Source: Sedimentisphaera cyanobacteriorum (GTDB lineage: Bacteria; Planctomycetota; Phycisphaerae; Sedimentisphaerales; Sedimentisphaeraceae). From it: 32,000 nt of DNA. Where the stretch lies: NCBI RefSeq assembly GCF_001997385.1, contig NZ_CP019633.1, positions 2,490,001 through 2,522,000 of the forward strand, given 5' to 3'. Made by a program: the position numbers and the translations under genes. The notes beneath the pieces were generated by a model that did not search any database, was not told the origin of the DNA, and saw only the letters and a list, made by a program, of their open reading frames with translations. This document shows, piece by piece, positions 8,244 through 16,426 of this stretch. How positions within the stretch are numbered: position 1 is the stretch's first letter; each line of letters starts with the position of its first letter.

Positions 8244-11200
8244 CTATTGCATTTCAATTATCTGCTGCGGCGAAAACCACTTATACAGAGCGGGTATCAC
8301 CAGCAGGGTCAGTATTGTAGAAGTTATAAGTCCGCCGATAACAACCATTGCCAGCGGCTTCTGCACCTCGCTTCCCGTGCCGGAAGAGAGAAGCAGCGGA
8401 ACCAGCCCCAGAGCAGTAGTTCCGGCAGTCATCAGTACAGGCCTCAAACGCATACACGCCCCTTGCACAGATGCTTCATCAATCGGCAGGCCCTTTTCCG
8501 TTAACTGGTTAAGATAAGTTACCAGAACCATCCCGTTCTCAAGAGCAATCCCGAACAATGCAATAAATCCAATTGATGCAGGGACAGAAAAATTCTCGCC
8601 GAAAAGCCACAGGGCGGCAACCCCGCCAACCAGAGCCAAAGGAATATTAAAAAGAATAAGCAGTGTGTTTGAAATCTTTTTGAAATTGATATAAAGCAGC
8701 AAAGCGATAATTGACAAGGTGATCGGGATTACAACCGCTAACCGCTTGTTTGCTTTCTGCTGCAGTTCAAATTGACCACCCCAAGAAATGAAGCACCCCG
8801 GGGGCAGGTTAATCTCTGCATTGATCTTCTTTTTCGCATCTTCAACGAAACTTCCTATATCCCGCCCAACTACATTACACTGAACAGAAAGATATCGCTG
8901 ATTGTTCTCACGCTGTATCTGCCTTGGGCCAACTACTTCTTTGACAACCGCCAGCTCATCCAGCGGAACTCGTTTTCCCTCGGGAGTTTCTGCAATTATA
9001 TCTCGAATAGCTTCGGGGGTTGCTCTTGCAGACTTTTCATATCTGAGGTAAATATCGAATCGCCGAATCCCTTCAAATATTTGTCCAACTTCTACCCCGC
9101 CAACGGCTGCTTCTATCACTCTCTGAATTTCCGAAATATCCATCCCATAACGTGCAGCTGCTTGGCGGTCTGGGCGGATAACAAGCTGAGGGGCGCCAAC
9201 CATCTGCTGCACCTGCACATCAGCTGCCCCGTTTACAGTTCTGATTACTTCTGCGATTTGGTCGCCCTTGGACTTCAGAGTATCCAGCTCGCCCCCAAAT
9301 AACTTTACAGCAAGCTCAGCTTTTACGCCGCCGATAAGCTCATCAACTGAAAGCTGTATCGGCTGGGTGATGTTGCTTTGAACGCCTGGGAAGCGTTTGA
9401 GCTTTTCTCTAATTTTCGCCTCAATATCAACCTGACTAAGGGCACCTGACCATTCTGATTTGGGCTTGAGAATAACATTCATATGACTTACATTTACCGG
9501 AGCTGAATGCGCTCCTACCTCCCCGCGTCCAATCCGGCTTACGACTTCCCCAACTTCGGGTATCTGAAGAAAACGTTTTTCCAAAAGCAATACATTGCGT
9601 TTTGATTCTTTTATGGAAGCCGAAGGTGCAAAAGTTAGATTTACCATAATATCACCTTCAAGAAGTCTCGGAGTAAATTCACTGCCGAGTCTCGGATAAA
9701 TTGCAGCTCCCAAAATCAGCAATGCAGCAGCAAGAATTACAGTAACATAACGAAATCTAACGAAGAACCTTACCAAAGGCTGATAAGCTTTGAGCAGAAT
9801 TCGAACAATAAAAGGCTCGCTCTTGTCTTTATGTGATTTTTCAGCTTTCTTCGCCGCAGGACGCCTCATAAGGATACTGCACAAAGCAGGAGCTTGCAGA
9901 ACAGCATATATCAAAGAACCCAAAAGCGCCAATGCTACTGTAGCTGCAAGAGGCCGGAATGTTTTACCTTCAACACCCTGCAATGTGAACAAGGGAAGAA
10001 ACACAAGTATTATAATGGAAATAGCAAATGTAATTGGCCGGGCAACTTCTGAACAGGCTCTTGCAGCAACATGAGCTGCCGGCTCGTCCGGGCTGGCCTC
10101 GCTTAACATCCTGTCAACATTTTCCACTACTACAATTGTCCCGTCAACAAGCATTCCAATGGCAATTGCAATTCCGCCGAAAGTCATCAGATTGGCCGAA
10201 AGACCAAGGTATTTCATAGCAATAAAAGTAAACAGCACAGAAAAGGCCAGTGCAACAGAAACAATTACACTCGGCCTGAAGCCGCCCATAAACACAAAAA
10301 CAACAATGACAACAAGAATGACACCCTGCAATAATGCATTTTTAACTGTATCCAAGGAAGCATCAACAATTGTTTTCTGCTCATAAAAAGGAACTATCTT
10401 TACCTCATCAGGCAGGCTTTTTTGTATCTCATCAATTTTTTCCTGCACTCTTTCTATGACAGTAGATGAATTTGTACCGAGCAGCTTAACAACCATACCT
10501 GCAACAACTTCTTCTTTTCCATTGCGGGTTTGCAGGCCGCGGCGGATTGCCCCGCCGATCTTAACTTCTGCAACATCGCTAATGTGTACAGGCCTGCCGT
10601 CAACAGTCTTTACAGCAATGCTTTTCAAATCTGAAATACCTTCGGCAAGGCCTTCAGACCGAACGACAAGCTGCTCACCATCTTGTTCAATGAATTGGGC
10701 TCCGGCATTTACATTATTCTCTTTGATGCGACGGATTACTTCATTGAGCGTCAAATCATATCGAATCAGTGCCTCGGGGGATACAACAATTTGGAACTGC
10801 TTTTCATGTCCGCCTATGCCCAGAACCTCAGTAACTCCAGGGACAGTCTGAAGATTGAATTTAACTATCCAGTCCTGAATTGTTCTCAGCTCGGTCAAAG
10901 AGTATTCCCCTGAGGTATCTTTTAGGTAATAGTAAAGAATCTGCCCCTGACCTGTTGCTATAGGCCCCATCTTAGGATCGCCAAATCCTTCCGGTATCTC
11001 CTCGCGAGCCTCCTGAAGCTTCTCTCCAACTAACTGACGGGCAAAATAAATATCTGTTCCATCCTCAAAATAAATGCTGACAACAGATAAACCAAAATTT
11101 GACACCGACCTGATCTTACTAACTTTCGGCAGCCCCGTCATCTTTGCTTCTACCGGATAGGTTACATATTTTTCCACTTCTTCCGGTGCTAGCCCTTCAG

Positions 11201-11357
11201 TAACTGTAAAAACCTGTACAAGTGAGGGGGAAACATCAGGGAATGCATCAACCGGAAGTTCATTTAGACTTTTAATTCCAAAAATAACTGCCAGTAAAAC
11301 CGACAATACTACCAGCAGCTTATTGGATAATGACATATCAATTATTTTCTTCAGCAT
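8244..11357 (-). CDS. CusA/CzcA family heavy-metal efflux RND transporter (inner-membrane pump)
   Basis: 1037 aa, 12-TM RND architecture. HME-RND-type motifs: ...DAFPDVSP..VQV, and TM4 GGIAIAIGMLVDGTIVVVENV. ATG with SD AGGAG. Metal specificity cannot be assigned from sequence alone. Confidence 0.95.
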   Translation of the reverse strand: MLKKIIDMSLSNKLLVVLSVLLAVIFGIKSLNELPVDAFPDVSPSLVQVFTVTEGLAPEEVEKYVTYPVEAKMTGLPKVSKIRSVSNFGLSVVSIYFEDGTDIYFARQLVGEKLQEAREEIPEGFGDPKMGPIATGQGQILYYYLKDTSGEYSLTELRTIQDWIVKFNLQTVPGVTEVLGIGGHEKQFQIVVSPEALIRYDLTLNEVIRRIKENNVNAGAQFIEQDGEQLVVRSEGLAEGISDLKSIAVKTVDGRPVHISDVAEVKIGGAIRRGLQTRNGKEEVVAGMVVKLLGTNSSTVIERVQEKIDEIQKSLPDEVKIVPFYEQKTIVDASLDTVKNALLQGVILVVIVVFVFMGGFRPSVIVSVALAFSVLFTFIAMKYLGLSANLMTFGGIAIAIGMLVDGTIVVVENVDRMLSEASPDEPAAHVAARACSEVARPITFAISIIILVFLPLFTLQGVEGKTFRPLAATVALALLGSLIYAVLQAPALCSILMRRPAAKKAEKSHKDKSEPFIVRILLKAYQPLVRFFVRFRYVTVILAAALLILGAAIYPRLGSEFTPRLLEGDIMVNLTFAPSASIKESKRNVLLLEKRFLQIPEVGEVVSRIGRGEVGAHSAPVNVSHMNVILKPKSEWSGALSQVDIEAKIREKLKRFPGVQSNITQPIQLSVDELIGGVKAELAVKLFGGELDTLKSKGDQIAEVIRTVNGAADVQVQQMVGAPQLVIRPDRQAAARYGMDISEIQRVIEAAVGGVEVGQIFEGIRRFDIYLRYEKSARATPEAIRDIIAETPEGKRVPLDELAVVKEVVGPRQIQRENNQRYLSVQCNVVGRDIGSFVEDAKKKINAEINLPPGCFISWGGQFELQQKANKRLAVVIPITLSIIALLLYINFKKISNTLLILFNIPLALVGGVAALWLFGENFSVPASIGFIALFGIALENGMVLVTYLNQLTEKGLPIDEASVQGACMRLRPVLMTAGTTALGLVPLLLSSGTGSEVQKPLAMVVIGGLITSTILTLLVIPALYKWFSPQQIIEMQ

Positions 11358-11373
11358 TGTTTACTCCTGCTTA

Positions 11374-12657
11374 TCAATGGTTATGGCCGCCAAACGATCC
11401 TTTGTTCAATTCAGCCTTTAGAGTAAAGGTGTTACTAACTGCGATGGTTTGGCCTTTACTTAAACCTGAAACCACTTCAACGTTCTTCCCGCTGCTTTTG
11501 CCTGTTTGAATATGGGCAGGCTTGAACCCGTGCTCAGTTTTGACAAAAACAACCTTTTCCTCACCGACAGTCTGCACGGCCGCTTTGGGAATAACCAAAT
11601 CGTGCTGGGAATAAGCTGTTTCAATTACTCCGGCAGCGAAAAGCCCCGGACGCCATTTTCCGCTGGAATTATCAATTACAACCCGCGCAGAAGCGGTGCG
11701 CGTTGACTCTTCAACAATAGGACTGATATAATCAATGACACCTCGAAATTCTGCCGATATCTTATCTGCTTGGACAGTAACATTCTGAGATTCCTGAACC
11801 TCTAAAAGATTCTTCTGGTAAACAGCAAGAATCGCCCAGACCGTATCCATATTGGCTATCTCTAATATATCCGAACTCGAATTGACAAATTCCCCTTTAA
11901 CGATGTCTTTTTTTATAACAGTGCCGTCAAAAGGCGATGTGATTTCATATCGGGTATAACTGGCATCAGGCATAACTGGGAGTTCTGCAAGATATTTCTC
12001 ATCAAATCCCAAAGCAATAAGCTGCTGTTCTGCATTATTCAGATTGATATTTGCCTCGGCATTGGCTTCTCTGGCATCAAGATAATCCTGCTCGGATGAA
12101 ACCTTCTTTTCCCATAGTTTCTTTTCACGTTCATAAGTGGCATTTGTTAATTCCCGCCGCTGAAGGGCAGATAAATAGTCTGATTTTGCATCTGCAAGGT
12201 TTCTGCTTTCAAGCACGGCCATAACCTCCCCCTGCTTAACCTGATCGCCCAAATTAACATTCACTTTTTGAACAATGCCGGCCACACGCGGAACAATGTG
12301 AGCAAGCTTATCGGGATTCAGCCGTATTTCACCAGGCAGTTTTACTTTTGTATGCAGTTTCCCTGGCATTGCCTCTGCTGTTTCAATCGAAAATTCAGCA
12401 GCCTCCGCCTCGGAGAGAGCGATATGACCGTCTTGTTCGCCGTGGTCGTCATGGTTTTCACTGCTTTCTTTATGCGCTCCATATCCTTCTGTATGCCCGT
12501 CAGGTTCGCTGTGCCCAATATCTGGCTTGTCTTTATGAAAAACTTCAGCTTTTGTTGGATGATTCATAAGCAGGAAGGCAGCAGCAATGCCAATCAATAA
12601 ACCAAGAAACAAGGTTAAAGATGCTGCAATTATATTTTTAATTGTATGTTCTTTCAT
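11374..12657 (-). CDS. Efflux RND transporter periplasmic adaptor subunit (CzcB/CusB-like) with His-rich N-terminal region
   Basis: HlyD/MFP-type domains (barrel-sandwich and coiled-coil regions, ...GEVMAVLES...). TM anchor NIIAASLTLFLGLLIGIAAAFLL. 8 His within 46 residues after the anchor, and a C-terminal GGHNH. ATG 12657 lies 1 nt after the OMF gene stop (TGAtATG) and is preferred over the TTG at 12699. Confidence 0.9.
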   Translation of the reverse strand: MKEHTIKNIIAASLTLFLGLLIGIAAAFLLMNHPTKAEVFHKDKPDIGHSEPDGHTEGYGAHKESSENHDDHGEQDGHIALSEAEAAEFSIETAEAMPGKLHTKVKLPGEIRLNPDKLAHIVPRVAGIVQKVNVNLGDQVKQGEVMAVLESRNLADAKSDYLSALQRRELTNATYEREKKLWEKKVSSEQDYLDAREANAEANINLNNAEQQLIALGFDEKYLAELPVMPDASYTRYEITSPFDGTVIKKDIVKGEFVNSSSDILEIANMDTVWAILAVYQKNLLEVQESQNVTVQADKISAEFRGVIDYISPIVEESTRTASARVVIDNSSGKWRPGLFAAGVIETAYSQHDLVIPKAAVQTVGEEKVVFVKTEHGFKPAHIQTGKSSGKNVEVVSGLSKGQTIAVSNTFTLKAELNKGSFGGHNH

Positions 12658-12658
12658 A

Positions 12659-14011
12659 TCATTTCTCCATCTGAATTGTTTGTCCTGTAAGGCGTTCAAT
12701 ATTTGCTTTTGCCTTGTGATAAGAAACTAAAGAATCAATGTAATAAGACTCGGCTTGGAATAAAGTTCTCTGGGAATCCAGTACAGCAAGATATTCCGTC
12801 TTGCCTTGTTCATACGCTTCTTTTGCGGCTTGAAATGCAGCCCTTGCTCCGGAAAGGACAGCCTGTTTGGTTTTTACAGCCTGAGAATAAGAATTGCTCA
12901 AAGAACTGTAAGCCTCGGAAAGCTGGCTATAGATTTGCAGCTTTGCTTTTTTTTGTAATTGATGCGTCTTAAGCTTGTCATTTATCGCTGCAAGTTTATT
13001 CCCTTGATTTCTGTCATAAAGCGGGAGCGGAATAGAAAAACCAACGAAAAAGGAATTATCATCAGACTCATTGAAACGTTTTACTCCGGCACTAAACGTA
13101 ATATCCTGAACACTGCGAGACTCCTCCAAATCTATCAAAGCATCTGCTTTATCAAGCTCAGCTGACCAGCGTGCGATATCGGGATTTTTTGAAAGCTGCT
13201 TTTTGAGCTTAGAAAAAGCAGGAACTGGTTCTATAAGCTCGAGTTCGCCTTGGACTTTTGTAAAAACCGGGCTCTCCGAAGACCAGAAGGAAGCCAGCTT
13301 CTCTCTGGATGATTGCAGTTTCTGTAAAGCCTGATTGTGTTGAATTTCCAATTTCGCTTTCAATACATTCGCTTTATCCTGCTCAATTGGAGGATCTTTA
13401 CCAGCCTCTACACGCTGCGAAACTGTTTCAGCAACTTTTTCAGATAACGCCAATAATTCCTGATTTAGAGACAGAGTTCTCTGAGCCCCTAATACCTCCA
13501 CAAACGCATTGGCCACATCAGTAAATACATCCAGACGTTTTGATTTATAATCCCATTCTGCAAGCTCAGTTTGAACAGAAGCAGCCTTCTTACGCTTTTG
13601 AGCCTTATCAGCAAGCTCAATCAGCTGGCTAACCGAAATAACAGTTTCAGCTGCATCAAAGCCGCTTTTGCCTCCAGAACCGCCAATCTCCTCTACCTCT
13701 ACCCCTAATTCAGGATTAGGCGAAAGACCGGCCTGCAAAGCTCTTGCCTCATCCGCCCTTACCTGATACGAATGGGCCTTGAGCTCTGGATTATTCATCA
13801 AAGTTAAAGAAATGGCATCTCTGAGCGTCAAAACATCATTCGGCTCGGAAATCTCATATTTCTCATTACCTCTTGAGCTCTCTGACAATGAATTAGAAAC
13901 GTTTAAGTACCGCTCTAAAGACGGTTTTTGCGCTAATGTCTCATCTCTGCCGGAATTTGTGCATCCAAGCAGCATAATAATTGATAGAAATGGAAAAAAT
14001 ATTTTAAACAT
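12659..14011 (-). CDS. TolC family outer-membrane factor (CzcC-like) lipoprotein
   Basis: About 450 aa with the two-repeat OMF pattern. Lipobox LLGC near the N-terminus. ATG 14011 with SD GGGAGA is preferred over the TTG at 14023. First gene of the OMF-adaptor-pump order typical of czcCBA. Confidence 0.9.
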   Translation of the reverse strand: MFKIFFPFLSIIMLLGCTNSGRDETLAQKPSLERYLNVSNSLSESSRGNEKYEISEPNDVLTLRDAISLTLMNNPELKAHSYQVRADEARALQAGLSPNPELGVEVEEIGGSGGKSGFDAAETVISVSQLIELADKAQKRKKAASVQTELAEWDYKSKRLDVFTDVANAFVEVLGAQRTLSLNQELLALSEKVAETVSQRVEAGKDPPIEQDKANVLKAKLEIQHNQALQKLQSSREKLASFWSSESPVFTKVQGELELIEPVPAFSKLKKQLSKNPDIARWSAELDKADALIDLEESRSVQDITFSAGVKRFNESDDNSFFVGFSIPLPLYDRNQGNKLAAINDKLKTHQLQKKAKLQIYSQLSEAYSSLSNSYSQAVKTKQAVLSGARAAFQAAKEAYEQGKTEYLAVLDSQRTLFQAESYYIDSLVSYHKAKANIERLTGQTIQMEK

Positions 14012-14118
14012 AAGGTCTCCCAAAATAGCAGTCCAAACTATAAAAAACCCTTAAATGCAATGCACAGACAAAGTGCACTGCTGGTTTAAGGCTAATTAGA
14101 AAAGTCGCTATTTGGGGT

Positions 14119-14556
14119 TTATGTTAAAATGATAATTGTACGCAGGGAACCAAGGCAGGAATTGACTGAAGCTGAAAACTCTGAAGAAAGCTTGTATTTA
14201 GAAAAACGCAAGCTTCTGAAAATCGGTGCTAAAGAAACAGGCGGAGCCGAAACTATAGATTTAATTTGGCTGTGATTCTGATTTGTGTTTATATATTTCT
14301 TAAAAATCTGAGTATCCACACAAGGGCCGCAGCTGGAGCTGCTGTGAGAATATGGATGTATGGAATTTAATCGCAGCTTAGTTAAAGAAATGGCCGGATT
14401 AGAGCTGCTGCAAGAGTTGTTTACTGCAAATTCTATCTTGCTGTGGCCATCATGCGATTTACAATGAACAAGACCCTGAGCATTGCTGAATGCAAACAAA
14501 AAACTTACAAGGCAAAGAATGTGCAAGTTATATGTTCTTATGTTTTTTGTTTTCAT
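14119..14556 (-). CDS. Hypothetical small secreted Ser/Cys/His-rich protein (possible periplasmic metal-binding accessory protein)
   Basis: 145-aa ORF with a signal-like segment (LHILCLVSFLFAFSNAQG) and HCKSHDGH and CGPC motifs. It lies upstream of, and co-directional with, the czc genes. There is no convincing SD and the composition is low-complexity, so coding status is uncertain. Confidence 0.35.
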   Translation of the reverse strand: MKTKNIRTYNLHILCLVSFLFAFSNAQGLVHCKSHDGHSKIEFAVNNSCSSSNPAISLTKLRLNSIHPYSHSSSSCGPCVDTQIFKKYINTNQNHSQIKSIVSAPPVSLAPIFRSLRFSKYKLSSEFSASVNSCLGSLRTIIILT

Positions 14557-14776
14557 AAATTAAATCGCAGATAATAATAATGCTAAAAATACTGCCTTAA
14601 AGTTCAGCTGCAATAAGCAGCAGGGCTATAGAATTTTGAATGATTTACGGTTTTAGTCAAGAAAAGTTTTCAGCTTGCACCTTCTTTCTGCAAATTGCTC
14701 CAATAAGTGCGGCAAAATAATTCTTTTTATAAACGTTCAGTTCATTAGAAAAGTGTAATTCTATACTTTAATTCGC

Positions 14777-14799
14777 AATACTATTCATACTGCTTTCTC
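14777..14799. repeat. 23-bp perfect direct repeat, copy B (aatactattcatactgctttctc)
   Basis: Identical to 7891-7913. It covers the last four codons (K Q Y E), part of the preceding Arg codon, and the TAG stop of rpoN, plus 4 nt of 3' flank. The reading frame differs from that used in copy A. Confidence 0.95.
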
Positions 14800-16262
14800 A
14801 TCTTTGCAGATGGTATGCCGAGCTGGTCTCTGTATTTTGCCACGGTTCTTCTTGCGATTTTGATGCCCTTTTTCTCCATCTCCTCGCAGAGCTTCTTATC
14901 GCTGAACGGCTTAGACTTATCTTCCTGTTCTATAACCTCCCTGAGCACCTCCTTCACAGACTCAGCTCCCATAGCCTCGCCGTCTTCAACGCCCTCAAGC
15001 TTGCCGCTGCTGAAGAAATCCCTAAGCGGAACAATCCCGTTGGGACACATCGCATACTTGCCTGAAACCGCCCTTGACACCGTAGCGATATGCACGCCGA
15101 TATAATCTGCAATCTCCTGCATAGACAGCGGAACAAGGCCGAGCCTGCCCTTCACGAAGAAATCCTTCTGCTTTTTCACGATATACGCTGCTATCTTGAG
15201 CAGAGTTTCCCTTCGCTGGGCAATAGCCTCAATGAGCCATCTCGCTGAGCGGATATTCTCCTGAAGATACTTTTTCGTTTCAGAAGGCGTGTTTTTATCT
15301 GCCGCCATCTTCTCGTAATACTCGTTCACATTCAGCGGCGGGAGAGCCCCGCTTGCAAGCCGCACGATATAGTCGCCGTTTTCCGCGTCTTCCTCTACGA
15401 TAATATCCGCCTTTACCGGAGCATTATCCATCTCCTGACCAAACAGAAGCCCTGGGCTTGTATCCAAATGAGAGAGATATTTCACAGCGTCTCGAAGTTG
15501 ATCCATTTCGCAGCCAAGCTTATTTGCAAGCTCCGGGAGATGATTTGCAATCAGCAGGTCGTAATGCTCTCTCACCACCTTTTCAGCAAGCGGGTTTGCC
15601 GAATCATCCTGCTCTATCTGAATGAGAAGGCATTCACGTATGCTCCTCGCCCCTACGCCGGCAGGCTCGAGCTGCTTTACGAGCTCGTGCGCATTTTTTA
15701 CCGCATCGGAGCTGAATTCAGCCGAATCTTCAATCTCCTCAAGCTCGGTATTGAGATAGCCCCTCTCATCGAGGCTTCGGATTATGTATTCGCCGGCCTG
15801 AAGAGTTTCGCTGTCTGTATTGAAAAGACGCCACTGATCCAGAAGGTGCTGCTGAAGCGAGATGCCTGAATCTGCTGTGTTCTGCAGTGCGTCCATCTTC
15901 GGGTCTTCATCGGAAGCATAAGATTTCAAAGGAACATAAACATCTTCTTCGCCGCTGTACTCGCCGAAGTCGTTTGACAGATTATCGAGCCTTTCAAAAG
16001 AATCGGAGCTTTTTTCAGGGGATACATCCAGCTCTTTTTCATCAAAGGAATCTTCGGACTGCTCTGGAGGCTCTTCCTGCGCATCAATGCTCTCTGCGCT
16101 GTCAACCTCGAGAACAGGGTTGCTTGTAAGCTCGGTGGCAACCTTCTGTTCGAGAGCCATAAGCGGCATCTGCAAGACCTCCATCGATTGAAGCATCGCC
16201 GGGGTGAGCTTCATCTGGAGTTCCTGTTTGAGCTGTCCTGTTAGTTGGAGATCCATTGCCAT
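14781..16262 (-). CDS. rpoN: RNA polymerase sigma-54 factor
   Basis: 493 aa. Region I: LKQELQMKLTPAMLQSMEVLQMPLMALEQKV. Acidic region II. C-terminal HTH and RpoN box: ARRTVAKYRDQLGIPSAKMRK. Confidence 0.95.
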   Translation of the reverse strand: MAMDLQLTGQLKQELQMKLTPAMLQSMEVLQMPLMALEQKVATELTSNPVLEVDSAESIDAQEEPPEQSEDSFDEKELDVSPEKSSDSFERLDNLSNDFGEYSGEEDVYVPLKSYASDEDPKMDALQNTADSGISLQQHLLDQWRLFNTDSETLQAGEYIIRSLDERGYLNTELEEIEDSAEFSSDAVKNAHELVKQLEPAGVGARSIRECLLIQIEQDDSANPLAEKVVREHYDLLIANHLPELANKLGCEMDQLRDAVKYLSHLDTSPGLLFGQEMDNAPVKADIIVEEDAENGDYIVRLASGALPPLNVNEYYEKMAADKNTPSETKKYLQENIRSARWLIEAIAQRRETLLKIAAYIVKKQKDFFVKGRLGLVPLSMQEIADYIGVHIATVSRAVSGKYAMCPNGIVPLRDFFSSGKLEGVEDGEAMGAESVKEVLREVIEQEDKSKPFSDKKLCEEMEKKGIKIARRTVAKYRDQLGIPSAKMRKQYE

Positions 16263-16360
16263 TTTTTATGCTTCCAGTGTAGTTAGATTCCAAGCAAATT
16301 TTACCCCGAAAACGCTTTGAATCAAAGGAAAACTGAAAGCGCAATACTCGCTCTTTACTC

Positions 16361-16405
16361 CATAAAACGAAAAGCGGGGCAGCCCTTTAGCAAAGAAAGC
16401 CCCGC
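16361..16405 (-). terminator. Putative intrinsic terminator after the GH2 gene
   Basis: Stem gcggggc (16374-16380) / gccccgc (16399-16405). On the minus strand it is followed immediately by ttttcgtttta. It lies 22 nt downstream of the GH2 stop. Confidence 0.5.
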
Positions 16406-16426
16406 CTGAAAGCCAAAGCGGAAAAA

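Noticed and set aside
8166-10913. Multiple plus-strand ORFs (61-176 aa) antisense to the RND pump gene
   Set aside because: They are shadow ORFs of the 1037-aa CusA/CzcA frame and show no family resemblance.
14688-14703. Sigma-54-like promoter element (minus strand ttGGagcaatttGCag) upstream of the czc module, next to rpoN
   Set aside because: The GG-to-GC spacing is 2 nt shorter than in the TGGCAC-N5-TTGC consensus, and the flanking bases match poorly.
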